64,000 nucleotides of DNA from Candidatus Levyibacteriota bacterium (lineage in GTDB: Bacteria > Patescibacteriota > Microgenomatia > Levybacterales > UBA12049): the NCBI GenBank assembly GCA_016180725.1, contig JACPAR010000005.1, positions 22,654-86,653 of the forward strand, in the 5' to 3' direction. The notes below the pieces were generated by a model. The model was not told where the DNA came from and did not search any database. It saw nothing but the letters and a program-made list of their open reading frames with translations. Each line of letters begins with the position of its first letter. The stretch's first letter is position 1. Positions 17,681-28,203 of the stretch are shown in pieces. The position numbers were made by a program, and so were the translations under genes.

Positions 17681-18572
17681 CTCTTTTTCTACTCCATTCT
17701 TCCCAAACAACCAAAAGCGGAGCGGCGTTAAAGATGGAGGAGTACGTGCCGCTGGTGATACCTATTAAAAGTGCAACGATAAACCACTTTGTACTTTCGC
17801 CGCCAAAAAGAAGAAGGGTAAATAATACCAGCAAAACAGTAAGTGATGTATTAAGCGATCTACCCAATGTTTGTAGAATTGAATCGTTTACTAACGTAGA
17901 AAATGAAACACCGCTAACTCTTCTTAGATTTTCCCGAATTCTATCAAATACAACAATTGTATCGTGAACAGAAAATCCGATAACTGTTAAAATAGCAGTT
18001 ATAAATAAGCTGTCAACTTCTACTGCAAAAAAATGACCAAGTAAAGAAAAAATTCCTACAACGACTAAAACATCATGAAGCAGCGCAATAATTGCGCAGA
18101 TTCCAAACCTAAAACTACTTGCCGGCTTTGGAACTTTTCGAAATGACCAAGCGATATAAATAACAATAAGAACACATGCTAAAAAAACTGCTTTTGCTGC
18201 ATTAGTTGTTGTTTCGCTACTAATTGTTGGACCTATCGTTTCAAAATCTTCCTGTGTAAACTTACCGGTTTTTTTATTTAGTTTATTTAATAAATCCGCG
18301 TCTTTTTTCTGATCTATTTCGCTGGAGCGAATAAAGACTTGTTTGTCCGATGTTTGAATAGACGAAATTTCTATTTTCTCCTGGTTAAACACATCTTTTA
18401 TTTCCTTTAAAGTTTGTTGATTAACTGTTTTTGGATAAGAAAGAATTAATCTTGAACCGCCGGCAAAATCAATAGATAAACGAAGACCCCACACCATAAG
18501 GGAAATAATTCCAGGAATAATAACAATTAAAGAAATTAGAAAATATAAATATTTTTTTCCAATGATATCCAT
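17670..18572 (-). CDS. secF: protein translocase subunit SecF
   Basis: SecF N-terminal motif DFAGGSRL and six TM segments. Adjacent to secD. Confidence 0.9.
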   Translation of the reverse strand: MDIIGKKYLYFLISLIVIIPGIISLMVWGLRLSIDFAGGSRLILSYPKTVNQQTLKEIKDVFNQEKIEISSIQTSDKQVFIRSSEIDQKKDADLLNKLNKKTGKFTQEDFETIGPTISSETTTNAAKAVFLACVLIVIYIAWSFRKVPKPASSFRFGICAIIALLHDVLVVVGIFSLLGHFFAVEVDSLFITAILTVIGFSVHDTIVVFDRIRENLRRVSGVSFSTLVNDSILQTLGRSLNTSLTVLLVLFTLLLFGGESTKWFIVALLIGITSGTYSSIFNAAPLLVVWEEWSRKRAKA

Positions 18573-18584
18573 AATAATCAGCCT

Positions 18585-19931
18585 TTAAATATTTTTTGTT
18601 CCATAAAACATTCTCAAAAATGTTCTGGTAACAACAATCGCCGAAAACATAGAAACCAATACTCCAATTGCAAGCGTTAATGCAAAACCCCTAACTCCTC
18701 CGCTACCAAAATAGTACAAGATACCACTTGTAATAAGGCTTGAAACATTAGAGTCCCTAATCGATGTCCATGCTCTAGTGAACCCAATTTCTATTGCCAT
18801 TTCCCATGCTCTTCCCCGACGAAGTTCTTCACGCATTCTTTCAAAAATAAGAATATTTGCATCAACAGCCATACCAATCGAAAGAATAAAACCGGCAATA
18901 CCTGCAAGAGTAAGAGTAACCGGAATAGCTTTAAATATCGCCATAACAAATAACGTATATAGAAAAAGTGCAATGCTTGCAATCATTCCAAGCCTTCCAT
19001 ATAAAACAACCATAAATATTACAATAATAATAAATCCTAACACTCCGGCAAATAAGCTTTTTTGCAAAGATGAAGCTCCAAGAGTCGGCCCGATTGTGCG
19101 CTGCTCAAGCACCGAAAGAGGAACAGGCAAAGCTCCTGCATTAAGTTGCAGTGCAAATCTTTTTGCATCTTCTGTTGTAAAATTTCCGGTAATTTGGCCA
19201 TCATCACGAATTGCCGCCTGAACTGTTGGCGCAGAGATAAATTGATTGTCTAAAAATATTGCCATGCGTTTGCCTATTAATCTTTGTGTTGTCTCGTAAA
19301 ACTTTTGCTGACTCTTATCTGCAACCCTAAAAAGAACAACCGGTTGCCCTGTATTACTATCAAAAGAAACCTGCGCTTCCTGCAAATCTGCTCCGCTTAA
19401 CCCCGTAGGCTTTGTGCTTTCTACAGCTGGTATTGTAGTAAGCTCTTTTTCTTGCACCTCGCGAAACTCTAGTTTTGCAGTTTTTCCTACCAAATTAACT
19501 GCTTCATTAAGATCTGTAATTCCGGGAAGCTCAATAACAATACGGTAATCATTTTTAACAGTGGCTGTTTGTACAAGAGGTTCTGAAACACCAAAGAAAT
19601 TAACTCTTCTTTCTATAACGGTTTTTGCACTATCCAACGCTGCGCTTCTTTGCGCCTGAGGAATATCTTTCATGTCCGCTTTAAGAGTAATACTTATTCC
19701 GCCTTCTAAATCAAGACCCTTACGAAATGAGAAAGTTTTTTCTATGCGTATTGGTCCTAAATTCAAACTTGGACCTATACCCTTAAAAGTTTTTTGAATA
19801 GAAATTTTCTTATTTATTATTGGTAATTTTGGTGTTTGAAAGGAAACAGGAATACTTGGAGGTAAGTTAATAAGAATAGATATTATTGTCAATGCAATAA
19901 TTAGCAAAAAGAGAATTCTTAAATTTTTCAT
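18585..19931 (-). CDS. secD: protein translocase subunit SecD
   Basis: SecD periplasmic domain followed by a C-terminal 6-TM bundle. Sits upstream of secF. Confidence 0.9.
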   Translation of the reverse strand: MKNLRILFLLIIALTIISILINLPPSIPVSFQTPKLPIINKKISIQKTFKGIGPSLNLGPIRIEKTFSFRKGLDLEGGISITLKADMKDIPQAQRSAALDSAKTVIERRVNFFGVSEPLVQTATVKNDYRIVIELPGITDLNEAVNLVGKTAKLEFREVQEKELTTIPAVESTKPTGLSGADLQEAQVSFDSNTGQPVVLFRVADKSQQKFYETTQRLIGKRMAIFLDNQFISAPTVQAAIRDDGQITGNFTTEDAKRFALQLNAGALPVPLSVLEQRTIGPTLGASSLQKSLFAGVLGFIIIVIFMVVLYGRLGMIASIALFLYTLFVMAIFKAIPVTLTLAGIAGFILSIGMAVDANILIFERMREELRRGRAWEMAIEIGFTRAWTSIRDSNVSSLITSGILYYFGSGGVRGFALTLAIGVLVSMFSAIVVTRTFLRMFYGTKNI

Positions 19932-19957
19932 TTCTAAAAATGCCTGGAGGTAATTCC

Positions 19958-20533
19958 CTATATCAGCATACTTTCTTCATCGCCTATAAGCATAACTCGA
20001 GAACCGGATAGAATCTCTTCTATAAATGGATCGCTTCTTTTTTTTCTAAAGCTAAATTCTTCCTCTGTCATTACAGTATAATTAATTTCCCTACCAAGTC
20101 TTCTTTCTTCATTTTTAACAAGAAGCGCTAACTCTGGTAAAACAATTGTCCCAACAACTAGAAAATCAATTGTATCCCGCTCTTTTTTTAATCTTCTAAC
20201 AAATCCCCCAGAAAACATCGCATATTTTATTCTTCCCAGTTTTGCTTTGTTACGTAATACTTCTGCACCCAGCCCTATTATCTTTGCACCAATTTGTAAA
20301 AGGTCATAATAAAAAGGGTAATTTTTGGAGAGAAAATAATATACTCTGTTTGCTCGCGGCTCTCTAACCAATATGCCATTTTTTTCCAAAAACGCAAGTT
20401 CTCTTCTAACGGCATTTATTTCATCGTTTGTCCGCCGAACCAATTCCCGAACATGAAACATTTCGGAAGGTGATGCTAAAAATACGTTTAGTAATTTTAC
20501 TCTTGATTTTGATGTAACTAAATCTGACAACAT
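19958..20533 (-). CDS. winged-helix DNA-binding protein fused to a minimal nucleotidyltransferase (MNT-like) domain
   Basis: N-terminal wHTH, and a C-terminal GG...DxD motif (FSGGFVRR...DTIDFLVVG). Confidence 0.45.
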   Translation of the reverse strand: MLSDLVTSKSRVKLLNVFLASPSEMFHVRELVRRTNDEINAVRRELAFLEKNGILVREPRANRVYYFLSKNYPFYYDLLQIGAKIIGLGAEVLRNKAKLGRIKYAMFSGGFVRRLKKERDTIDFLVVGTIVLPELALLVKNEERRLGREINYTVMTEEEFSFRKKRSDPFIEEILSGSRVMLIGDEESMLI

Positions 20534-20592
20534 AAGCCTGCCCTCGAGTATTAATTATTTAAACCGCATACTAATTATACTCAAATTTACTG

Positions 20593-21771
20593 TTATTTTA
20601 CAACTATCTCTCCATCCAAGGGCAGGACTTCAAACCATAAATTTCCCCGATCAAATTTGATCGGATCTCCACTGCTATCAAAAATCAATGTTCTTGAGGT
20701 TCTGGAATCCTTTCTCCATGTCCCATTAATTTTATTTCCATCCATAAATACCTGGGCTTTTCCGCTACCTTTTGTCTTATATAGCAAATGAAGATTATTT
20801 TCATAACCATCATTTGCATTGCTCTCCTTTATTGACAAAACTATTATGTTTTTTGCAGTTAAAGTTTTATTCGTATCTTTATCCATATGCAAAACGCCTC
20901 CATTATTTCGTAAGTAAGTATTCTTTGTCTTGTCATAAACCCATTCAACGGCATACTGCTTATATCCGCTCCAAAACTGTATATTTATAGTTTGTTTTTC
21001 TGGTCTTTGTGAAACTACAACATCATCTTTAAAGGAATATGGCAGAAAACTTTTATCCCATAAAATTCCATCTGAATCAACATTTGTAAGTTTTCTCTGG
21101 TTTTTTGCATATTCCCAAAGTTTAGAAGTAGTTGAGTACATAGTATGTTCTGTAGCCGTTTCTTGTCCAAGTCTATTGTAATCACGCCAAAAAGTTGGAA
21201 AACCTACTGCAAACTGATTGAGATCATTATATCCTCCCCATTCATAATCATTTATTTGAGAAAGCGCATCCGCAGGACCTGGCGTATTTGCTCCGCCAAC
21301 GTGCACATAAAGTGGGTTAGCTCCGTACTCTGATATAAAATCTAAAAAGTATGTCCTTGCTGACCTGACCGGACCAACTTGACCGCCATCCTGACAATAA
21401 AATACCGTCAAAAAGCGCGTAATCCCGCCTTCTGCTACTGCCTCGTATACAACGTCTGCAGCGGAAATACCCGACTGGGGTCTTGCATTCTCGTGGTTTT
21501 CAATCATGATTCCTAATGGCCGGTGTTGTTCCCACCATTGCTTCTGCTTGCTGGAGTACATTACTCCATTTAAGGGGCAAGGTTCTGTTTTAGGAAGATT
21601 TTGGTCAAAAGTGATACGACCAGTTGTATCTTTTGGAGTACTTTGTAAAGGCGAACTTACATTAACTTGTGAGGTAATAGGATTTTTAGAAAATAGAGCA
21701 TAAGAAATACCTGTTGACAAAATATATACGATTATTGTTAAAAAAATAATTGTGATTTTTCTTTTGTCCAT
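20593..21771 (-). CDS. DUF3048-like (YerB-like) secreted/lipoprotein
   Basis: Signal/TM at the N-terminus, and ENHENARPQSG plus flanking similarity to YerB-type DUF3048. Confidence 0.45.
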   Translation of the reverse strand: MDKRKITIIFLTIIVYILSTGISYALFSKNPITSQVNVSSPLQSTPKDTTGRITFDQNLPKTEPCPLNGVMYSSKQKQWWEQHRPLGIMIENHENARPQSGISAADVVYEAVAEGGITRFLTVFYCQDGGQVGPVRSARTYFLDFISEYGANPLYVHVGGANTPGPADALSQINDYEWGGYNDLNQFAVGFPTFWRDYNRLGQETATEHTMYSTTSKLWEYAKNQRKLTNVDSDGILWDKSFLPYSFKDDVVVSQRPEKQTINIQFWSGYKQYAVEWVYDKTKNTYLRNNGGVLHMDKDTNKTLTAKNIIVLSIKESNANDGYENNLHLLYKTKGSGKAQVFMDGNKINGTWRKDSRTSRTLIFDSSGDPIKFDRGNLWFEVLPLDGEIVVK

Positions 21772-21779
21772 ATTATTTA

Positions 21780-22265
21780 TTATTTTTTAAACTTTCTTAT
21801 GTCCGATGCAATTTTAGCTTCTTTTATTGCTTTCTTCTCCTCATCAGACAATTCATGTTCAATACCCTTGCCCTCAACAATTCTTTTTGCATACCATCTG
21901 GTTCCTAATCGGGAGTAAAGACCTGAAATAACAACACCAGTATCGTTAGCGTCAACAAGTACTAATACAAAACTTTGATCTCCTCCTGTATCTTTAAACG
22001 GATTAAAACGTAAAAGTCCGATTTTTTGAATATGCAAAAGTGCTTCTTTTTCAATCTTATCACATTGTACATGTAAAGAGTCAATATCCTTTTGAGCAAC
22101 TTCTACTTCTTTTAAAAAATGATCAAGAATTGATTTAAGTGTTCTATTGCTTATGCCTTTTGTTAAATTATTATAGTGAGAAAATAATTGCCAAAAACTA
22201 AAAGTTAAAATGATGAGCCAAATAAGAAAAATGCCTAAAATTATAAATTCAAAATTGACTACCAT
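21780..22265 (-). CDS. DUF4446-like membrane-anchored protein
   Basis: LLRFNPFKDTGGDQSFVLVLVD...GVVISGLYSR pattern. Confidence 0.45.
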   Translation of the reverse strand: MVVNFEFIILGIFLIWLIILTFSFWQLFSHYNNLTKGISNRTLKSILDHFLKEVEVAQKDIDSLHVQCDKIEKEALLHIQKIGLLRFNPFKDTGGDQSFVLVLVDANDTGVVISGLYSRLGTRWYAKRIVEGKGIEHELSDEEKKAIKEAKIASDIRKFKK

Positions 22266-22285
22266 GCATAGGATATATTAGCCTC

Positions 22286-22314
22286 TTGACAGCTTTGTGT
22301 CAATAGTGTAATCT
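22286..22314 (+). promoter_or_regulatory. putative promoter TTGACA-17-TAATCT (extended TGT)
   Basis: TTGACAgctttgTGTCAA is also a short palindrome. It lies upstream of ORF 22328. Confidence 0.3.
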
Positions 22315-22327
22315 TTCCTTTATTGCA

Positions 22328-22660
22328 ATGAGTAAGCGTAAAAAAACTCGTCAACAAAAAATTATTGCAGACCTTCGCCGTAAACTTCAATCGACAAGCC
22401 ATCCTTCTTCTACCTCTCAAGCGATAGATAATAAAAGTATTGTGCAAAATACATTACCTAACCAAGAAAAACAAACAAATACAAATAAATTTATTTCTAC
22501 ATATATAACTAATAAAGTTGTTTCTGCTGGAGTTTATTCTTATCTTCCTTATGATCTTCAAAAAACTTTTTTCCTAACAACAAGCATTGTTGCAGTTGAA
22601 TTATTACTCTTTTTTCTTTTAAGAAACCACGTAATTGTATTACCAAATTTAAATTTTTGA
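22328..22660 (+). CDS. hypothetical protein with C-terminal TM segment
   Basis: ORF-track ORF with no recognisable homology. Confidence 0.35.
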   Translation: MSKRKKTRQQKIIADLRRKLQSTSHPSSTSQAIDNKSIVQNTLPNQEKQTNTNKFISTYITNKVVSAGVYSYLPYDLQKTFFLTTSIVAVELLLFFLLRNHVIVLPNLNF

Positions 22661-22718
22661 TAACTAAGTATACGTGGCTAAGTTGCGTCGTCGCAATGAG
22701 AGGAGGTGATTACATAGT

Positions 22719-22862
22719 ATGGCAACAATGTATTGTGTAAAATGTCGAGCAAAGAAAGAAGATGCAAACGCAGAAAAGGTTACCATGAAAAATGGTAAAC
22801 CAGCTCTTAAAGGAAAATGCCCAGACTGCGGAACAGGTATGTACAGAATAGGCACAGCTTAA
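22719..22862 (+). CDS. small zinc-ribbon protein (47 aa, CxxC...CxxC)
   Basis: GAGGAGGTG RBS 9 nt upstream. MATMYCVKCRAKKEDANAEKVTMKNGKPALKGKCPDCGTGMYRIGTA. Followed by two hairpins. Confidence 0.6.
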   Translation: MATMYCVKCRAKKEDANAEKVTMKNGKPALKGKCPDCGTGMYRIGTA

Positions 22863-22945
22863 TTTGTATATGTTTCACGGATTAGTTTGATATCAAACTA
22901 CATTGGGCTTCTTGAAGGTAATCATCGTATCTTCAAGAAACAAAT

Positions 22946-22978
22946 AAAAAACCCTCGCATTTGACGCGAGGGTTTTTT
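22946..22978. terminator. bidirectional rho-independent terminator (AAAAAA-CCCTCGC-loop-GCGAGGG-TTTTTT)
   Basis: A 7-bp GC stem flanked by an A-run and a T-run, lying between convergent genes. Confidence 0.6.
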
Positions 22979-23001
22979 AATAAATAATCAAATCTGAAAA
23001 A

Positions 23002-23892
23002 TTATTTAAGTTCTTCAAGAATTGGATTTATGTCGATCTCTTCTACTGACTGTTTTACAAGTGGAGCTTGAGCTATTTGCAAAATACCATCACCCCAAGT
23101 TAAACGTTCTTCTTTGTATATTATTCCCGTTGGAATACTCTCTTTTTCTCCTTCCTTTAGGGGTAAACGGAGAGGCCATTGCTCAGCTAATGCAAACGCT
23201 TTTGCTTTATCTTTTGGATTATGTCCTTTTTCTTCGACTTTATAAACTCTTTCATAAAACCAAGTATAGGTGTTTTTATGGTTAAATGTTACGCATGGTT
23301 GCATGCTGTCTATAATAGAAAACCCTTTGTGTTTTACGCCTTCAACGATTAAGTCTGTTTCCCTTTTATGATCTCCGGCAAAACCCCGAGCTACGAAAGT
23401 TGCTCCTGCCGATATAGCAAGAGATAATGGATTTACAGGTGCTTCAACCGTAGGAGTTGGGGTTGCCTTATTTTTTTCTCCAATGTCAGTTGTTGGAGAA
23501 TATTGACCGGTTGTCAAACCGTATATTTGGTTATTATGAACAATTAAAGTTAGATCTATATTTCTTCTTGCTGCATGAATAAGATGATTTGTGCCCTCGC
23601 CATACTGATCACCGTCTCCTCCAATAACAATAACCGTTAAGCCGCTATTTGCAAGCTTAATTCCTTCTGCAACAGGCATTGGTCTTCCGTGCAATCCATT
23701 AAAACCGTAAGTTTTAACCCAATAAGGCAGTTTGCTGGAACACCCGATTCCGGAAACCAAAACCACTTCCCACGGATTAAGATTAAGTGCAACAATTGCA
23801 TTTTTTAAAGAAACCCAAATAGCCCAGTCACCACATCCCGGACACCAGTTTGGCTTATCGTACGTAATTTCTAAATCTTTAAGTTCTGACAT
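23002..23892 (-). CDS. korB: 2-oxoacid:ferredoxin oxidoreductase beta subunit (TPP-binding)
   Basis: CPGCGDWAIW and the TPP motif IVIGGDGD. Confidence 0.85.
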   Translation of the reverse strand: MSELKDLEITYDKPNWCPGCGDWAIWVSLKNAIVALNLNPWEVVLVSGIGCSSKLPYWVKTYGFNGLHGRPMPVAEGIKLANSGLTVIVIGGDGDQYGEGTNHLIHAARRNIDLTLIVHNNQIYGLTTGQYSPTTDIGEKNKATPTPTVEAPVNPLSLAISAGATFVARGFAGDHKRETDLIVEGVKHKGFSIIDSMQPCVTFNHKNTYTWFYERVYKVEEKGHNPKDKAKAFALAEQWPLRLPLKEGEKESIPTGIIYKEERLTWGDGILQIAQAPLVKQSVEEIDINPILEELK

Positions 23893-25628
23893 AAAATTTC
23901 CTTTACTTTTGCAACAATTTCTTCCGGGTAAAACGGCCGGCCATCATATTTTCTAAAATTATGATCAACAACTAATCCTGTATGTTCGCGAATAAGTCCT
24001 TCAAATTGTCCGGTCTTATTACCTTCAACTACAAGAGTTTTTTTGGCAGATTTTATTATCCTTTCTACTGCAGCGCCTGGAAATGGAGCAAGGTAAGACA
24101 CTTGCAACAAATTCGCATCAATACCTTCTTTTTCTAACCACTTCATTGCCTGCATAATTGGCATTTTTGACGAACCAAAAGCAATAATAGTTAATGGAGC
24201 ATCCTTTTTACCATACAATACCGGAGCTGGAAATTCTCGTATGGCAAATTCTAATTTTTTGAATCTCTTGTCCATCATTTTAATTCTGTTATCTGCTTCT
24301 TCATTATATAAACCTCTTTCATCATGTTCGTCAGAACCGGAAAAACCAATTCCTCCTTTTTGACCTGGAATTGAACGCGGAGAAATACCATCGTCTGTTA
24401 ATTCGTATCTTTCATAATCAACCATACCTTCTGTTTCCTGATCTGACAACATCTTCCCCCGCTCAATTCTATATTTTGAACTTAGAGCTTTAAAATTTTC
24501 AATTGGAGCTGTCGCATGTCCCTCCATTAAATATTTATCAACTAAAACTATTATGGGAAGTTGATATTTATCGGCCAAATTAAATGCATGCAGCGTTTGA
24601 GAAAAAGCTTCTGATACATCTCCGGGGGCAATAATAATTCTTGGAAAATCACCTTGAGCTGCGTGCATAACAAATCTAAGATCACCTTGTTCTGTCCATG
24701 TAGGAAATCCTGTTGCGGGTCCGGGCCGCATCCCTTCAACAATAACAAGAGGAGTTTCTGTTTGCGCAGAAAGACCAAGTGACTCAACCATTAAGGAAAA
24801 TCCTCCTCCGCTTGTTGCAGTCATACTTCTTACTCCGGCAAAAGATGCGCCAATTGCCATACTTATTGCCGATATTTCATCCTCTGGCTCTTTAACAACA
24901 ATACTGTATTTTAAGGCGCTGGAAACAAGAGTCGTAAGAATAGGATTAATTGGCGTCATTGGATAAATTGAAGCAAATTTTAATCCTGCTCTTATTGCGC
25001 CAAACGCTACCGCTTCTGCTCCTCCAATTAGTATATTTTTTTGAGGTTTTTTTTCAAAGCTAACCGAAAATTTTTTGGAGAAATTTTTTAAAACATAATC
25101 AAATCCGGCTTTAGAAGTATTTACATTTAAATAAACAATATTTTCGCCTTTTCTACCAAATGTATCCTCCATAATTCTTCGAAGAATTTCAAAATCTGAA
25201 TAAAAAAGCGCTAGAGATGCGCCAACAGAAACTGTATTAACCATTAATTTATCTGCGCCAACTTGTTTTGTTGATTCTAAAAGGGGAATGGGAACTAGAA
25301 GTACACTTGAAGCAAATTCATTGGGTTCTACCTTAATTGTATCTGGGTCATAAATTACAGCCGCATTTTCAAAAAGTTCGTGCTTGTGCTTATCGATTGT
25401 TTCACGATTTAAAGCTACTAAAATATCAACAGTTCGTTTTTGACAATATATCTCTTCATCACTTGCTCTAACATAATAGGCGTTATGCCCACCTCTAATT
25501 AAAGAAGGATATTCAACATAATCAAAAACAGAAAGACCAAGCCGGGTAAAAATTTTTGACATCATAATACCAGTTGTCATGATGCCGTAACCTGCTTCAC
25601 CACCAATTAACCATTGAATATCGTTCAT
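23871..25628 (-). CDS. korA: 2-oxoacid:ferredoxin oxidoreductase alpha subunit
   Basis: Gamma-like N-domain plus the alpha core. Overlaps korB. Confidence 0.85.
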   Translation of the reverse strand: MNDIQWLIGGEAGYGIMTTGIMMSKIFTRLGLSVFDYVEYPSLIRGGHNAYYVRASDEEIYCQKRTVDILVALNRETIDKHKHELFENAAVIYDPDTIKVEPNEFASSVLLVPIPLLESTKQVGADKLMVNTVSVGASLALFYSDFEILRRIMEDTFGRKGENIVYLNVNTSKAGFDYVLKNFSKKFSVSFEKKPQKNILIGGAEAVAFGAIRAGLKFASIYPMTPINPILTTLVSSALKYSIVVKEPEDEISAISMAIGASFAGVRSMTATSGGGFSLMVESLGLSAQTETPLVIVEGMRPGPATGFPTWTEQGDLRFVMHAAQGDFPRIIIAPGDVSEAFSQTLHAFNLADKYQLPIIVLVDKYLMEGHATAPIENFKALSSKYRIERGKMLSDQETEGMVDYERYELTDDGISPRSIPGQKGGIGFSGSDEHDERGLYNEEADNRIKMMDKRFKKLEFAIREFPAPVLYGKKDAPLTIIAFGSSKMPIMQAMKWLEKEGIDANLLQVSYLAPFPGAAVERIIKSAKKTLVVEGNKTGQFEGLIREHTGLVVDHNFRKYDGRPFYPEEIVAKVKEILCQNLKI

Positions 25629-25765
25629 ATTTAATTTGACACTAGAAAGTAGAAAATGGAAGGTAGAATTTGATGTTAGAAAACAGACAATAGATTTTAG
25701 CTAACTTCCAGGTTCTAACTTCAACTATCTATTTTTTATATTCTATCATCTATCGTCGAAGAATT

Positions 25766-26041
25766 CTATGTTTCGGGCCAGATTTGTTTAACTTCATTTC
25801 CCTGATCATCAACTTCTACAATAACAATTGCGTTAACGGGACAAGATTTAGCAGCATTTAAGATATTTTCTTCATTGTCGTTAATATCTGAATAATTAAC
25901 GTATTCAGACGTCATTGAGCCATCTTTTTTCTTGCTAACTGCCTTCGCTTCGCTATCCATCTCAAAAGTATTTGGAGCAACTGCAACACAGCTTGCCGCT
26001 CCTATACAAAGTATTCTATCAACTTTTACTTTTAGTGCCAT
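25766..26041 (-). CDS. small ferredoxin (CIGAASC...CP, 3-Cys cluster type)
   Basis: Cys pattern CxxxxSC...CP, located next to korAB. Confidence 0.5.
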   Translation of the reverse strand: MALKVKVDRILCIGAASCVAVAPNTFEMDSEAKAVSKKKDGSMTSEYVNYSDINDNEENILNAAKSCPVNAIVIVEVDDQGNEVKQIWPET

Positions 26042-26045
26042 AAAA

Positions 26046-26402
26046 TTAAAAACAATCTTTTAAAACCGCTAGCGCTAATAAAGCGCATTTTTTCCGCGTT
26101 TCTGAAACTTCTATTCCCAACAGGGAAAGCATATCTTTTTCAGAAAATTTTGTCAACTCTCCTTTAGTTTTTCCTTTTACATAATCTGTTAATATTGATG
26201 CGCTTGCTATGCTTATTGCACATCCTTTGCCTACAAAACCTATATCTTCAACGGCATTATTTTTGAACCTGACAAAGATTTCCATATCATCGCCGCAAAA
26301 AGGATTGAGCTGCCTTGATGACGTATCAAATTTATCCAGCTTACCAAAATTTAATGGCTCCCTATAATGCTCCAAAATTTCTTCTATATACAAATTATCC
26401 AT
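26046..26402 (-). CDS. sufU: SUF system FeS assembly protein SufU/NifU-like
   Basis: NPFCGD...GKGCAISIAS motifs. Confidence 0.75.
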   Translation of the reverse strand: MDNLYIEEILEHYREPLNFGKLDKFDTSSRQLNPFCGDDMEIFVRFKNNAVEDIGFVGKGCAISIASASILTDYVKGKTKGELTKFSEKDMLSLLGIEVSETRKKCALLALAVLKDCF

Positions 26403-26404
26403 AA

Positions 26405-27628
26405 CTAAATTAAGCTGAAAATATTTTTTACCTCTTTTATTCCTTTAATTAGATAGTCAACATCTTCTTCATCATTGTACAAATAAAAACTGGCGCGGGC
26501 GGAAGCAGGAATACCCAAGCGTTTGTGAAGCGGCATAGCACAATGATGTCCGGCTCTTATACAAATACCCATATTACCTAAAACCTGAGCAATGTCATGT
26601 GGATGTACTCCGTTTATATTAAAAGAAATTACTCCACTACGCCTATCTAAATCTCTTGGTCCATAAATATTTATACCTTCTATTTTCTCCATTTTTTGCA
26701 AAGCATATTTTATAAGTCTATTGTCATGTTTTTGAATATTTTCTATACCTGTACTATTTAAATACTCAATTGCGGCACCTAAGCTTACAATTCCGGCAAT
26801 ATCCGGAGTTCCTGCTTCGTACTTATGTGGAAGGTCGGCAAAAGTTGTATTTTCGATATTTACTTCTCGTATCATTTCTCCACCAAACATGAATGGTTGC
26901 ATATTATTCAAGAGATGCTTTTTTCCATACAATACACCAATACCCGTTCCTGCCATCATTTTGTGTCCCGAAAAAGCAAGAAAATCACAACCTAAATCTT
27001 GTACATCAACTTTTAAATGAGGAACAGATTGGGCTGCGTCAACCAAAACAAGAATATTAGGATTTATTTCTTTGACTTTTTTAATAATATCCTTTATTGG
27101 ATTTATAGTCCCTAATACATTTGAAACATGTGCTACTGCAAATATCTTCGCGCTCTTAATTCTTAATTCATAATTCTTAATTCCAGAATCTAAATCCAGA
27201 AAACCATTTTCATCTATATCAAGAACTAGAAAATCAGCATTTTTTTTAAGGGCAAGTTGCTGCCACGGCACAAAGTTTGAGTGGTGTTCCATAGTGGAAG
27301 TAATAATGCCCTCCTCCCTTTTAATATTGTGCGACACTAAGTAAGCAACTAAATTAATTGCTTCCGTTGTATTTCTGACAAAGATAATTTCCTCTGGATT
27401 TATTGCATTAATAAATTTCGCAACTTCTTGCCTCACTTTCCCTATCTTTTCTGTTGCTTTTTCGGCAATTGGGTATAAACCTCGTTTTACGTTAGCATTG
27501 TAGGTTTTGTAAAATTCCAAAATTGCATCAATAACAACCTGCGGTTTTTGGCTTGTTGCCGCAGAATCCAAATAAATTAATTTTTTGCCGTTAATTTTAT
27601 TTTTAAAAATTGGAAAATCTTTTTTCAT
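26405..27628 (-). CDS. sufS: cysteine desulfurase SufS
   Basis: PLP-Lys in SGHKM, RAGHHCA, and the class V fold pattern. Confidence 0.9.
   Translation of the reverse strand: MKKDFPIFKNKINGKKLIYLDSAATSQKPQVVIDAILEFYKTYNANVKRGLYPIAEKATEKIGKVRQEVAKFINAINPEEIIFVRNTTEAINLVAYLVSHNIKREEGIITSTMEHHSNFVPWQQLALKKNADFLVLDIDENGFLDLDSGIKNYELRIKSAKIFAVAHVSNVLGTINPIKDIIKKVKEINPNILVLVDAAQSVPHLKVDVQDLGCDFLAFSGHKMMAGTGIGVLYGKKHLLNNMQPFMFGGEMIREVNIENTTFADLPHKYEAGTPDIAGIVSLGAAIEYLNSTGIENIQKHDNRLIKYALQKMEKIEGINIYGPRDLDRRSGVISFNINGVHPHDIAQVLGNMGICIRAGHHCAMPLHKRLGIPASARASFYLYNDEEDVDYLIKGIKEVKNIFSLI
27155..27196. repeat. period-7 tandem repeat (TAATTCT-like) inside sufS
   Basis: Direct reading of the sequence. It encodes DSGIKNYELRIKSA in frame. 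Confidence 0.7.
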
Positions 27629-28203
27629 AGTTTATAAAGATTTGTAGAAATTTTTTTTCTTATATTAGATTGCTCATTTATCGTAAAAGCGCTAATGATT
27701 GGCTCAAAAAAACCGGAAACAATAAGATCTTCTGCTTCTTTTTGGGTTAGTCCTCGACTTCTTAGATAGAAAAGCTGCTGCTCATCCGGCCTGCCAACAG
27801 TTGAAGCATGGCCTGCTTTTAATTCGTTTTCATCAATTTCTAAAGAGGGGACACTTCTCCCTTTTGCATCATCAAAAAGTAAAATCTTAGAAGCAAAATA
27901 CCCATCTGACCCTTTAGCACCTTTATTAATTCGTATCATTCCATCGTTATTAAAACTTGAATTGCCTTTAAATACACCTCTTAAATTTGTTAGGCTTTTT
28001 GTCCTTGGGCTTTCATGGGAAACAAAAGTATTAAATTTAACCGACTTATTACCTGTTCCTAAAAATATTCCTAAAATTAACAGATTTGCTCCCTCGCCAA
28101 CTAATCTAGCGTGAACATTAACTTCCGCTTCGTCCCCATTAAGCCAGACAAAAGGTAATATTTTTTCTTCATTTTTTTTAATAACAACGTTTATTTTTTT
28201 CAT
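27625..28203 (-). CDS. sufD: SufD-like FeS assembly protein (short)
   Basis: SufBD C-terminal beta-helix similarity. Sits between sufB and sufS. Confidence 0.65.
   Translation of the reverse strand: MKKINVVIKKNEEKILPFVWLNGDEAEVNVHARLVGEGANLLILGIFLGTGNKSVKFNTFVSHESPRTKSLTNLRGVFKGNSSFNNDGMIRINKGAKGSDGYFASKILLFDDAKGRSVPSLEIDENELKAGHASTVGRPDEQQLFYLRSRGLTQKEAEDLIVSGFFEPIISAFTINEQSNIRKKISTNLYKL

Noticed and set aside
22664-22855. 63-aa minus-strand ORF
   Set aside because: It overlaps the RBS-supported zinc-ribbon gene on the opposite strand and has no start context.
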